Shown: positions 41,992-52,061, counted from the first letter of the stretch. The stretch is DNA of 64,000 nt from an uncultured Verrucomicrobiae bacterium (GCA_963718565.1 OY970364.1:160001-224000); one strand, 5' to 3'. Notes: generated by a model from the letters alone, not told the origin. Numbers and translations: made by a program.

Positions 41992-43078
41992 TCCTGTCCT
42001 GATCGTGGGTGGTGGCATCATTGGTCTCAGTATCGGCTGGCAGCTCGTAAGGAATCAGATCCCCGCGCTTATTTTAGAAAAAAGGAGGGTCGGTCGAGAA
42101 GCCAGCTGGACGGCTGCTGGGATGCTTGCCCCTTTTTCCGAAGCCGGATTTGAAGATGAAGAAAAGTTAGCAATTGGAAAAGAAGCGCTTCGCGTCTATC
42201 CCTCATTTTTGCGAGAACTCGAAGAGGATAGTGGCGAGCGATGTGAACTGCAAGAGAGCGGAACATTATTTGTGGGACTACATCGAAGTGACCAGGAGTG
42301 GCTCCAATGGATTTACTCGTTTAAGGAAAAGCAGAACATTCCTCTGGAATGGCTCTCTGAGCAAGAGATTCAAAAATGCTGGCCCCTCCTCTCTCCCAGA
42401 GTGTGCGGAGGAATCTGGCTACCAGATGAAAAACAGATCGAGCAGCGTTCCCTCATTTTGGCGCTAGAAAAAGCATTTCGATCGCGGGGTGGGCAAATCA
42501 GGGAGAATAGTGAGGTAGTCGAATTTCTTTGCTCTTCACAAGCGTTTGCCGGAGTGAAGCTTAGTAGCCAAGAGGAGATTACATCCAAACGAGGCGTCCT
42601 TGCTTGCGGCGCCTGGAGCTCTTCATTTCCTTTTCCAGAATGCCGAGAAATTCGCCCCGTCAAGGGACAAATTCTCAGAGCTAAAACGGAATTTAAGCTC
42701 TCCTCGATGATCCGGACGCCACGTGTTTATCTCGCACAAAAGAATGATCTTTCGATCTGCATCGGATCGACGAGCGAAGAAAAGGGTTTTGATCGAACGA
42801 GCACCTGCGGAGCCGCCTTGCAATTGCTCGAGTGTGCTCGGGAAGTGTTTCCCGCTCTTGACGAATGTACTTTCGAATCATTGGAAGTAAATTTTCGTCC
42901 CGTAGCCAAATCCGATCTTCCAATATTAAAAGAGAGCCCCATTTCCGGGTTGCATTTTGCGATGGGTCATGGGCGTGGAGGCATTTTGCTAGCTCCTTAT
43001 ACAGCTTATAGGTTTTTGCATGGAAATTACATTGAACGGTCAAAAAATGACGTTGTCGCAGCCGCAGACTTTGGCTGA
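41972..43078 (+). CDS. thiO: Glycine oxidase
   Basis: GGGIIG, ASWTAAGML, PVKGQ, GHGRGGILLAP. Confidence 0.92.
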   Translation: MDLFDTDPVLIVGGGIIGLSIGWQLVRNQIPALILEKRRVGREASWTAAGMLAPFSEAGFEDEEKLAIGKEALRVYPSFLRELEEDSGERCELQESGTLFVGLHRSDQEWLQWIYSFKEKQNIPLEWLSEQEIQKCWPLLSPRVCGGIWLPDEKQIEQRSLILALEKAFRSRGGQIRENSEVVEFLCSSQAFAGVKLSSQEEITSKRGVLACGAWSSSFPFPECREIRPVKGQILRAKTEFKLSSMIRTPRVYLAQKNDLSICIGSTSEEKGFDRTSTCGAALQLLECAREVFPALDECTFESLEVNFRPVAKSDLPILKESPISGLHFAMGHGRGGILLAPYTAYRFLHGNYIERSKNDVVAAADFG

Positions 43079-43226
43079 GTTTTTAAGATCTCGTCAGATC
43101 ACAAAAGAGACACGCGGAGTAGCGGTGGCTCGAAACGGTTGCATCGCGCCTCGATCGATATGGGATGAATGTTGTCTTGAAACAGATGATGAATTGGAGG
43201 TGATCCATGCTGTCGCAGGAGGTTGA
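43020..43226 (+). CDS. thiS: Sulfur carrier protein
   Basis: MEITLNG...AVARN...AVAGG C-terminus. Confidence 0.95.
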   Translation: MEITLNGQKMTLSQPQTLAEFLRSRQITKETRGVAVARNGCIAPRSIWDECCLETDDELEVIHAVAGG

Positions 43227-44008
43227 TGATCCCTTCATCATTGCTGGAAGAACCTTTTCTTCACGGCTTGGAATGGGGACATTCTCATTTCCCTGATTAT
43301 CAAACATTGGAAAGAGCAATCCGTGCTAGCGGTACAGAGATTGTAACGGTGGCCTTGCGCCGAATTGATTTTGAAAAGAAGCAGGAAAGCCCTCTTTTGC
43401 AGCTGATCGATGAGATGAAGCTGACGGTTTTACCGAATACAGCCCATTGTTTTACTGCCTATGAAGCAGTCTTTACCGCTCAACTGGCGAGGGAAGCATT
43501 AGGGAGCTCCTGGGTGAAGCTGGAAGTAATCGGTGATGAAAAGACTCTCTTTCCTAATAATGAAGAGCTTCTCAAGGCAGCTAGAGAGCTCGTCAGAGAC
43601 GGGTTCGAAGTCTTGCCTTTTTGCAGCGATGATTTGATCGTCTGTCAGAAACTGCAAGATATTGGTTGCGCTGCCGTGATGCCTTTTGGATCGCCGATTG
43701 GCACAGGAAGGGGAATCGGAAATAGGTACCACCTCGAATTGATCCGAGAAAGAATCGAAATTCCATTGATCATCGATGCGGGCTTAGGCACTGCCTCCGA
43801 TGCGGCCATCTCTATGGAACTCGGTGCTGATGCGATTTTGCTAAACATGGCGATCGCCCGCTCACAGCATCCAGTTCTTATGGCAGGCGCTATGAAAGAG
43901 GGGTGCTCAGCCGGAAGAAAGGCCTTTCTTGCCAAGCGGATGCCAATGAGTTACTACGCGATCTCTTCAAGTCCGCTCAAAGGAGTCATTGCATGCACAA
44001 AATGTTGA
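43207..44008 (+). pseudogene. thiG: Thiazole synthase, frameshifted near codons 25-29
   Basis: ATG at 43207 gives MLSQEVDDPFIIAGRTFSSRLGMGT then TGA at 43294; the rest (TVALRR, PNTA, WVKLEV, PIGTG, DAG) is in the +1 frame. Confidence 0.85.
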
Positions 44009-44535
44009 TCACCGAAGGGATCGAAAGGTCCGATCTCTTCGAAAAATTAAAAGCTTTTTGTGAAACGAACTTCGGCGCTTATGTGGTGATCAGAGAGAAA
44101 ACCATGGCATCACTTCCGCTCTATCAGTTAGTCAAAAGATTGACTCCTATTGTAGCCTTAAACCACATTCAACTGCAGATCCATGATCGCACTGACATCG
44201 CACTTCTCACCAAGACCGCTGGTATTCACCTACCTGAAAGAGGCGTTTCACCTAGCATCCCCAAAAAATGGAATTTATTCGTAGGGTGCAGCGTCCATAC
44301 ATTAGAAAGTGCCCTTAAAAAAGAAAAGGAAGGAGCTGACTATCTGCTTTTTGGACCTATTTTCGAGACTCCGAATAAACAGCCTGTGGGACTTAGGGCT
44401 TTGCAAGAAGTGACCGCGCACGTCAAGATCCCAGTGTTTGCACTCGGAGGAATCAGACCCGAGCACATCTCAGTTTGCCAACAAGCCGGGGCTATTGGGG
44501 TCGCAGGCATCCGACTTTTTTGGAACAACATATGA
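43993..44535 (+). CDS. ThiE/TenI-like protein
   Basis: IREK, GIHLPE, GCSVH, GPIFET, ALGGI. Confidence 0.8.
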   Translation: MHKMLITEGIERSDLFEKLKAFCETNFGAYVVIREKTMASLPLYQLVKRLTPIVALNHIQLQIHDRTDIALLTKTAGIHLPERGVSPSIPKKWNLFVGCSVHTLESALKKEKEGADYLLFGPIFETPNKQPVGLRALQEVTAHVKIPVFALGGIRPEHISVCQQAGAIGVAGIRLFWNNI

Positions 44536-45152
44536 AACTCTATTTTATCTTAAGCACCAACCTCATGTCCGTATTAGAAATCGAAACGATCGGAAACAAA
44601 GCGATCGATGGGGGCGTCGACTGGATCCAGTTCCGTCATAAAGATCCTTATACCGAAGAAATCTTCGAGATCGCAAAAAAGATCGGCATCCGCTGCAGAG
44701 AAAACAAGATCCCGTTCCTCATTAATGATCGATTCGACATCGCTCTTGCTCTCGATGCCGATGGAGTCCACCTCGGTCAAGAGGATCTTCCTTTAGCTGA
44801 TGTCCGACTCTTTCTCAAAAAAAGAAAGATTATCGGGCAAACGACTCCTGATTTGGACACGATGAAGAGGGCTCATGCCTGGGGCGCCAATTATGCCTGT
44901 ATCGGACACATTTTCCCAACTTCCACAAAAATCAAATCAAGTCCGCCTCTAGGAGTTGAGAAAGTTCAGGAAGCAGCCCTCCATTGCCCTCTTCCTCTCT
45001 TTGCTATCGGAGGAATCGATCTTCAAAATATCGCTTTGCTTCTCGCAGCGCCTATTGCAGGAGTTGCCGTAAGTGCTGGCATTTGCAATGCAGTCGATCC
45101 GACTCTTGCAGTTCAACAATTCAAACAGAAATTGCAATATGTTCACGCCTGA
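44532..45152 (+). CDS. thiE: Thiamine-phosphate synthase
   Basis: QFRHK, INDRFD, GVHLGQED, FPTSTK, AIGGI. Confidence 0.92.
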   Translation: MKLYFILSTNLMSVLEIETIGNKAIDGGVDWIQFRHKDPYTEEIFEIAKKIGIRCRENKIPFLINDRFDIALALDADGVHLGQEDLPLADVRLFLKKRKIIGQTTPDLDTMKRAHAWGANYACIGHIFPTSTKIKSSPPLGVEKVQEAALHCPLPLFAIGGIDLQNIALLLAAPIAGVAVSAGICNAVDPTLAVQQFKQKLQYVHA

Positions 45153-46119
45153 TGAAGAAAAGCGCTATTTGCGACAGATTCCTTTGCCTGGGTGGGGATG
45201 GGAAGCGCAAGAAAAATTGAAGAAAAGTTCGCTTCTTGTCGTCGGCGCTGGGGCTCTTGGTTGCGCTAGCCTTCCCTATCTCGTGAATGCAGGTGTTGGA
45301 AAAATTACCCTCATTGACGGGGATCGGATAGAAATATCCAATCTCCATCGACAACCACTCTACACAACCGATGAAATTGGTCAATTGAAGGTCAATGTAG
45401 CAAAAAAGAAACTCTCCACCTTGAACCCTCATGTAGAGATCGAAGCGATTCCCCATTTTTTTACCCAGGAAAATGGAGGTAGGCTTCTTACTTGCGATCT
45501 TCTCATCGACGCAACTGATACCTTTCTGGCGCGGCTTGATATAGATGTCCTATGTCACCAGAAGAACATTCCATGGATCCATGCTTCCTTAGAGCAATTC
45601 ATGGGGCAAGTGATCTTCTTCCATCGCCAGCTCTATACCGATCTCTTCCCTGGCCTAGAACAACACACTACCGTTTCCTGTTCGGAAGGAGGAATTTTAG
45701 GTCCATTTGCCGGTACGATCGGTTCTTTTCAAGCTCTTCTTGCTCTCCAATGGCTGGGAGGACTGGGTGCAGATCTTCCGGGCAAGTGCTTCCGAATCGA
45801 TGCATTAACCTGGCGCATGCAGGTTTTTACTTTTACTCAGAATGAGAAAGATACTATTTCTCACTTCGAGCTGTCTCAGTGGATGGAAGAAAACCGGGAC
45901 TTTCTATTGGTCGACATTCGAAATGATGAGGAAATTAAAGGAGGGGATCTTGACGGAGTAAGGATTGGGGCGATTGTTGCCTGGCCCAAAGAGAAGAAAA
46001 TTATCCTCTATTGTCAAAGAGGCATCCGAAGTCATGCGATGGCTAAACGGCTACGACAGCAAGGAATAGCTGCTTACTCGCTTGAAGGGGGATTCGTTGC
46101 TCATAATAGGACACAATGA
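45139..46119 (+). CDS. thiF: ThiF/MoeB adenylyltransferase fused to rhodanese
   Basis: RYLRQ, GAGALG, SNLHRQ, DATD, C-terminal YCQRGIRS...SLEGG. Confidence 0.9.
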   Translation: MFTPDEEKRYLRQIPLPGWGWEAQEKLKKSSLLVVGAGALGCASLPYLVNAGVGKITLIDGDRIEISNLHRQPLYTTDEIGQLKVNVAKKKLSTLNPHVEIEAIPHFFTQENGGRLLTCDLLIDATDTFLARLDIDVLCHQKNIPWIHASLEQFMGQVIFFHRQLYTDLFPGLEQHTTVSCSEGGILGPFAGTIGSFQALLALQWLGGLGADLPGKCFRIDALTWRMQVFTFTQNEKDTISHFELSQWMEENRDFLLVDIRNDEEIKGGDLDGVRIGAIVAWPKEKKIILYCQRGIRSHAMAKRLRQQGIAAYSLEGGFVAHNRTQ

Positions 46120-46120
46120 T

Positions 46121-47107
46121 ATGCGATTTTGTGAAGATCAGTTTATTGAAGATCTGGCAAGACTATTTCCATCAAGAGAGGGTATCGTAGGAATTGGAGA
46201 CGATAGTGCAGTCATTCCCGAGGACAATGAGAAAGTATGGTTGGTAACAACAGACGCTTTAGTTGAATGGGTTCATTTCTTAAAAGATCAGATAAAAGCA
46301 AAAGATCTGGGCTATAAAACGGTTGCTGTGAATGTCAGTGATATCGCAGCTATGGGGGGTGAACCAAAATATGCTTTTTTATCGATAGCTCTCCCGAAAT
46401 CAACGGATTACTCTTGGGTGCGTCTTGTAATTGAGGGGGTTAAGGAAGCATGTGACAAATGGAATATTCTTCTTTTGGGAGGAGATACCGTCGGTTCAAA
46501 AAGAGACGTTTTCCTCAATCTTGCTCTCATTGGGTCAGCAGTTCGGGAAAAAACAAAATATAGAAATACGGCTCAGTCTGGAGACATCATCTGCGTTAGT
46601 GGATACTTAGGAGATTCCGGAGGCGGTTTAAAAGCTCTACAACACGAAACAATCAAAACAAGAGATGTTGAGTGTTTAATTCACTCGCATTTTCATCCTG
46701 AACCTTCTCCTAAGCAAGGCATGTGGTTAGCAGCTTACCCAGAGGTTCATGCCATGATGGATATTTCGGATGGGTTAGACTGTGATCTAAGGCGGTTAAT
46801 GAAAAGATCAGCAAAAGGAGCTGTGATAGAAACGAACCTGATCCCTATCTCAACTCCTCTTGCAAAAGTCAGCGTAAAAGAAGGCTGGGATGCCCTTCAG
46901 CTAGCTCTAGTAGGTGGAGAGGACTATTGTTTGTTGTTAACGGTTGATTCAGAATTCTTTGAAAATTTACAGTCGATGTTTCAAAAGACATTTAATTGTC
47001 CCCTGTTTCCTATAGGTCATGTCGGCGACAATTCTGACGAGATTATTTATTGTGATAATGGGAAGACAACTCAAATGAACTATGTAAACTATGATCATTT
47101 TCAATAG
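46121..47107 (+). CDS. thiL: Thiamine-phosphate kinase
   Basis: GIGDDSA, VNVSDIAAMGG, GGDT, DISDGL, GGEDY. Confidence 0.95.
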   Translation: MRFCEDQFIEDLARLFPSREGIVGIGDDSAVIPEDNEKVWLVTTDALVEWVHFLKDQIKAKDLGYKTVAVNVSDIAAMGGEPKYAFLSIALPKSTDYSWVRLVIEGVKEACDKWNILLLGGDTVGSKRDVFLNLALIGSAVREKTKYRNTAQSGDIICVSGYLGDSGGGLKALQHETIKTRDVECLIHSHFHPEPSPKQGMWLAAYPEVHAMMDISDGLDCDLRRLMKRSAKGAVIETNLIPISTPLAKVSVKEGWDALQLALVGGEDYCLLLTVDSEFFENLQSMFQKTFNCPLFPIGHVGDNSDEIIYCDNGKTTQMNYVNYDHFQ

Positions 47108-47145
47108 AGCAGAATCTTATATGCACCCCATGACGCACGCGCATA

Positions 47146-47520
47146 TTAGGGAATAAACTCTCTTTTCTTCGCCCAATATGCAAGCATTCCGCGCCGTGCT
47201 GCAGCTCTACTTTTATCTTTGCCTTCCTGAGTTTTTGCCCCTGTTGATAGGCCTCCATGCATTCGACAACGGCCATTAATGGGTTCTCCTGTTTTGGGGT
47301 CCACCACGACCTTAGCTTTGCAAGAACGGCCACTTCGGCACTTGGCACCACATAAAGGCCGGTCCTTTTTCCACAAACTTTCGTTTTTCCAATGAGCCGA
47401 ATGATAAATATCTAACATCTGAGCTTTTCTGTGATTGGAATAACTCCATGGCTCCCAAGGTTTATACTGCCAGGATCTAACCATAATTCCCTTCCATTGA
47501 TAAGAATGGCTTACCACCAA
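47146..47520 (-). CDS. HGGxSTG-domain protein
   Basis: CGAKCRSG..C...RCRMHGGLSTGAKTQEG. Confidence 0.85.
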   Translation of the reverse strand: MVVSHSYQWKGIMVRSWQYKPWEPWSYSNHRKAQMLDIYHSAHWKNESLWKKDRPLCGAKCRSGRSCKAKVVVDPKTGEPINGRCRMHGGLSTGAKTQEGKDKSRAAARRGMLAYWAKKREFIP

Positions 47521-47726
47521 TAATGTCCCGCTTCTCTGGCCATTATTTTGAATTGGTCATCTTGCTCTCTGTGTTTTTTCATCGCTTTAGATGCCCTCTC
47601 TTTTGCTTTATCATTGCCTTTTTCTTTGGCTACAAGCCACCGCCTAACATAATCCATATACTTACATGCTCTTTGATTTTTGAGCGCCTCAACCTTCTCA
47701 AAATCATAAAAGTCATACTTGTCCAT
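47511..47726 (-). CDS. Small hypothetical protein
   Basis: GGAG RBS; co-oriented between the primase and the HGGxSTG gene. Confidence 0.55.
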   Translation of the reverse strand: MDKYDFYDFEKVEALKNQRACKYMDYVRRWLVAKEKGNDKAKERASKAMKKHREQDDQFKIMAREAGHYWW

Positions 47727-47862
47727 TTTGGTTCTCCAATTTTATGCACCATGGCTGCGGTGCTGCTTTCTCCTTATTTCTCTACTCAACTCCCTCGCTA
47801 AAGTTGCTAAACTGCTAAAGCTTCATGGCCTTAGATAAAAAATCCTTAGCAGATTAGCAGGT

Positions 47863-50202
47863 TTAGCAGCTCTCCATATTTTGTGGAGGTTTAATCGTCC
47901 ACGCTTCCTTGCATTTTTTGTCATTGATGACGAGATTTGGAGTGGGGATGACCCACCCATGGCTTGCAAGGATGGACATGATCGTTCGAGCACGGTCGGC
48001 ATTCCTGATACCAAGAGAGAGGGGGCCATATTGGTAAATCGTGCTGAGTCCAACCTGTTTGTAGTTTTCTTTCCATAACCACTTGAGTAAGGAGGCTGCA
48101 CAAACGAGCTCTGGATTGATCGAGACAAATCCATGAATGCGTAGTCTCTCTGTGAAATAGAATTGGATAAGAATGATTGCTCTTTGGATGTACTCAGAGC
48201 TAATTTCTTCTACATCGGGATTTTCAATAAGTGCCAGAGTGCCGCTAAGCCGTAGAACATGTTCGGGTGCTTTACTGGCGAACCGGCGAATTGGGTGATA
48301 TGGTTTCCCCTCTGCCAGATCCTCTTCGTTTTTGTTATGAAAAGCGATCCAAATCTTTTTGGCATCGCTGCTTAGAGGGAGAAGGATTGGTGAGATTTCA
48401 TTCTTTGGATCAAGAGGTGAATTTTCCTTGGCATTCGCATCCAACAGGCGATTCATTGCGTCATTGAATCGTTTGATTGCGGGATCCGCAGAGAGATCTT
48501 CTTCGACATAGGCTCGACTTCCAGCCATAGACTGAGGAAACACAATCAGACAGCGAGGTAGGAACCCTTGCAAATCAAAGATGGGGTTACTCAGGAGTTG
48601 GCTGAGAACCACTTCTTGCATCATCAAGTGGAGAGAAAGTCTTTTTCCATAGAGGAGCATGTCACCATCGCCAGCCCTCATCCACGAAATTTCTTTACCA
48701 TCCCAAAGAGACGATAGCCCAGCCAACGTTTTTAATAGGTTGTCGCGATTCATAGCGTGCCCCCCAAAGAATCTTCCTCCCTCATCGCTAAACAAACCGA
48801 TACTAGGTTGGCCATCTGCAGAGAAGTATTTAACGATACCTTCGTAGGTGGGCTCTTCAGCAAGAACTAAGGGACGCAGGGGAGGTGCGGGAGGCGGTTC
48901 GGAAAAAGTCGAATCTGAGGAAGCACTTTTGATCCATTCTTTCTTCCTCGCTTCCCAGGCTTCCTTGTGGATCTGGAATTTTGGGTATTCTGTTCGATAG
49001 CAATCAGCTAACATTTTCTGCCAGGAGAATATCGGCTTTAAAGCTATTTTATCCGTGGCGCTCTTTCGATCCCCTGACTCTGCAATAGTGAGATAGAACT
49101 CCGAAAGAGGATTTTCTCGACCGTCGATGGTAATGTTTGCATGGGCTTGAGTTGCAAGTGAAGTTGCCGCTAGAACGCTCTGGGCGCATATGCTATCCGG
49201 TGCTTTGATAACTCTATGCATCGCTTGTGCGGCAGATCCGAGAATGGGGCCTAGCGCATCCATTGGAAAAGGCTGAGGAGATCCTATTTGACGATAGAGG
49301 GGAAGAGGGTCCACTGGACAATCACTTTCTATTCCTAGAAAAGTGATCAGATCACGGACTGTTTTCAATTCGCAATGCTTATGGAAACATTTAAATCCAT
49401 GGTCCGGATAGCCATTTGTGTTCGGTTCGTAATATTTTGTGCCTGTGTCTTGTTGGGAATGAAGCTGTGCCCATGGACATCGGATGCTCCAACATCCCTG
49501 TGGATGCGATTGTTTTTGGAGCAGCATCCCATGACGTTCGAGTGCTTCTAGAACAGGGTTATTTTTTGCCGATTCATTTGTGGAAATAGATGGCGTTGGG
49601 TTGGGAGAAAGTGAGATCCCAAACGCATCCAGGAATTGTTGTAGAGAAAAGGGTTGTTTGCCACTCTCTTGGATGATTTTAGTGAGAAAGGGATCTTGTT
49701 TTTGGTGGAGGAACCCAGGAAGACGCATGACCCTAGCAAGATCATGTACTTGGGGATCTCCCTGAAAAAAGCCGATTAGCTTTTTTTGGATGAGGGAAAA
49801 ATGTTGCAGTTCAATGCCTTCAACAACCCAATAAGCATGAAATCGACTGGGACTCGATTCAACGATGATGTGAGGAGATAAAGGAGCCGAAAAGATGGGT
49901 TCAAGAGGACTTCCATCAAGGTCGACAAAGACTGCTGTGACCTGAGTGATATTCTCTGTTTTGCGCCCTTTTCCATCGGTTTGATTGATTGTGACGAAAA
50001 TGCCCGCTCCCTGCTCTTGAAGTCGTATAAAATTGTTTGCGAATTCATCGAGTGTCCCGCAGAGAACTTGGGGCTTGACTAGCGTTTCGGAATTTTTCCG
50101 ATCGTTAAAGATTTGGAAGGCAAAAATAGATTCCTCATCCCGTGAAAGATGGCTTAAGAATCTTTTTGCCGTTGTGAGATCTTGCGAGTTATAATGGGTC
50201 AT
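47863..50202 (-). CDS. RepB-type primase + DUF3987 (YfjI-like) helicase
   Basis: GIFVTIN, FVDLD, ESSP..HAYW, RLPG, CPW..H...CFH..C, AESGDRKS, SDEGG, GFLPR. Confidence 0.87.
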   Translation of the reverse strand: MTHYNSQDLTTAKRFLSHLSRDEESIFAFQIFNDRKNSETLVKPQVLCGTLDEFANNFIRLQEQGAGIFVTINQTDGKGRKTENITQVTAVFVDLDGSPLEPIFSAPLSPHIIVESSPSRFHAYWVVEGIELQHFSLIQKKLIGFFQGDPQVHDLARVMRLPGFLHQKQDPFLTKIIQESGKQPFSLQQFLDAFGISLSPNPTPSISTNESAKNNPVLEALERHGMLLQKQSHPQGCWSIRCPWAQLHSQQDTGTKYYEPNTNGYPDHGFKCFHKHCELKTVRDLITFLGIESDCPVDPLPLYRQIGSPQPFPMDALGPILGSAAQAMHRVIKAPDSICAQSVLAATSLATQAHANITIDGRENPLSEFYLTIAESGDRKSATDKIALKPIFSWQKMLADCYRTEYPKFQIHKEAWEARKKEWIKSASSDSTFSEPPPAPPLRPLVLAEEPTYEGIVKYFSADGQPSIGLFSDEGGRFFGGHAMNRDNLLKTLAGLSSLWDGKEISWMRAGDGDMLLYGKRLSLHLMMQEVVLSQLLSNPIFDLQGFLPRCLIVFPQSMAGSRAYVEEDLSADPAIKRFNDAMNRLLDANAKENSPLDPKNEISPILLPLSSDAKKIWIAFHNKNEEDLAEGKPYHPIRRFASKAPEHVLRLSGTLALIENPDVEEISSEYIQRAIILIQFYFTERLRIHGFVSINPELVCAASLLKWLWKENYKQVGLSTIYQYGPLSLGIRNADRARTIMSILASHGWVIPTPNLVINDKKCKEAWTIKPPQNMESC

Positions 50203-50266
50203 ATCCGTTCCTGTATGTTAGAGCCGTTGAGTTTGCCAACCGACGGCTCGAGTTTATTTTTAGTGT

Positions 50267-50464
50267 TCATCTTCTTGCCTGTTTTTCGAGCCAAGCGATG
50301 AAGAGATCCCTGCGGACTAGTACTTTTCTCCCAACGCGACGAAGTGCTGGTGCAAGTCCGTTACGATGGGCATGGAGGATGTAGTACCTGAGCATCGGTA
50401 CCGTAAAACAAAAAGTGGGATCCGAAGCGATCTGCTTCACTGTGCAATATGTTTGATCAGTCAT
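50267..50464 (-). CDS. Excisionase/AlpA-like protein
   Basis: Homologous to 20334-20555 (HRNGL...RRVGRKVLVRRDLF..W). Confidence 0.75.
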   Translation of the reverse strand: MTDQTYCTVKQIASDPTFCFTVPMLRYYILHAHRNGLAPALRRVGRKVLVRRDLFIAWLEKQARR

Positions 50465-50618
50465 GATCAGTTCTCCTGAGGTTAGAAGCCTAATTCGGCT
50501 TTGTTAATAAACCCCAGTATTAGGCAGCACAAAGCCAGGCCGATACGCAGTAAAAAACGGGTGATCGGAAAATTTGGAATAGAAATCGATTTAACTGACT
50601 AAGCTAGAATCTTATGTG

Positions 50619-52061
50619 TTAAGATTTTCGTGGAAGATTAGAGGATTTCTCAACTAGCTGACGCTTGAGTTCTTGAAGTGAGATGGGGTCATGGTAAATT
50701 GGAATAGGATTTTCTCGCTGATCCCGCAGATGTTTTGGAAGCATTCTCAAATTCTTATGAGGGTGCGGGAAAAGAAGGAATGCTTCCGGTAAAGCAGGAG
50801 TATTCCCATGAGGAAGGATTTTTTCAGAGGCTCGTCTGAATCGTTCTGCAAGATTATCCATGGTCAGATTTGGAAACAATTTTTGTGGCCTTTTCAAAGG
50901 TTGATCTCCGATGTATTCCTTCAATAAATCAGCTAGCCCTTCCGAGTGCTCTATTTCTTCGTCATCTATCAGAAGTCCATTTTGAATAACGTCCTCTGTC
51001 GTCACTTCCAAAAGCCGCTTGATGGAATAGGAGCGAGTTCCATTTTGCGAAATGTAGACCATGATCCAAAGCAGCAGAACAATTTCTCCTTCGATATCAT
51101 GGTCTAAGGGATCTGCAATGAATTGATCAGCAAAGTGAAGGATATATTTCCCGAATGTATTTCGGTCAATTGCATAGCCCGATTTCCATCGAGAGGTAGA
51201 GGTAGTTTGTTGTTTAGATTGTTTAATTGAAACGAGCCCTTGCAGAAGGATCTCTTGCTTTTCCACACTCCATGTGACCCCCGAAAAAATCAGCTTACGA
51301 AGTTGGATCTTCCATAGTCTTTGAAAGTCCATGAAATCTCGCCTTTTTCCAGCAGTAATCGAATGAGACACCTGGCGGTAGGCTTCAGCCACGGAGATGC
51401 CTCCTTTGGGAGCAAATCTCTGGTTTTCTAGCGTTCTTCTTCTCACTTTGAGATCTTGCTTGAGATATTCTTTTATTGTTTGTAGATAATGGTAGTGCGC
51501 CCTTTGATGGAGATTCCGCATTACTGGTTCGAGATCTTTAGAATATTCATTAACAGCGCATAATTGATTGATCAGAGTGTGAGCTTTATTTTCTTTTTCG
51601 TACCATTCGATCCATTTGGACATCTCGGCTTTAGAGGCACAGAAGAGGAGCGCCTCTAATTTCTCCTCTTCGAGCTTACGAAGATTCTCCTCGGGGGGGA
51701 CGATTTGAACAGCCCAGGGTATATGCCAAATGACTTTTTTTGCTTCAGAGGGAAAGCAACGAATGCGACATTCCGGATAAAAGCGAGGGGTGAAAACCAT
51801 GCTGATGAGAGGAGCTGATGTGGCGGCCTCTCTTACCTTTTCATTGGGCGAGAATCTCTGTAAAACATATCGGTGGGTCTCCATCATGGTCTTTAATGCT
51901 CTTTCTGACATAAGCGGACGCCCAAGGATCAAATAAATTTCGGAAAAGAAAAAGTAAAGAACATTGGATTTTTCTGCGACCTTGGCATGAAAGTCTTCGA
52001 GATTTTGCAAGAGGGATCTGATCCCTCTCGCTAATTTTTGGTGTTTAGTCAGCGCCATCAT
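50619..52061 (-). CDS. Hypothetical protein; C-terminus resembles a degenerate tyrosine-recombinase domain
   Basis: 480-aa ORF overlapping the integrase stop; same slot as 20687-21727. Confidence 0.6.
   Translation of the reverse strand: MMALTKHQKLARGIRSLLQNLEDFHAKVAEKSNVLYFFFSEIYLILGRPLMSERALKTMMETHRYVLQRFSPNEKVREAATSAPLISMVFTPRFYPECRIRCFPSEAKKVIWHIPWAVQIVPPEENLRKLEEEKLEALLFCASKAEMSKWIEWYEKENKAHTLINQLCAVNEYSKDLEPVMRNLHQRAHYHYLQTIKEYLKQDLKVRRRTLENQRFAPKGGISVAEAYRQVSHSITAGKRRDFMDFQRLWKIQLRKLIFSGVTWSVEKQEILLQGLVSIKQSKQQTTSTSRWKSGYAIDRNTFGKYILHFADQFIADPLDHDIEGEIVLLLWIMVYISQNGTRSYSIKRLLEVTTEDVIQNGLLIDDEEIEHSEGLADLLKEYIGDQPLKRPQKLFPNLTMDNLAERFRRASEKILPHGNTPALPEAFLLFPHPHKNLRMLPKHLRDQRENPIPIYHDPISLQELKRQLVEKSSNLPRKS

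Noticed and set aside
43223..43280. thiG start at 43223
   Set aside because: That N-terminus lacks ThiG similarity; the conserved N-terminus is in another frame from 43207.
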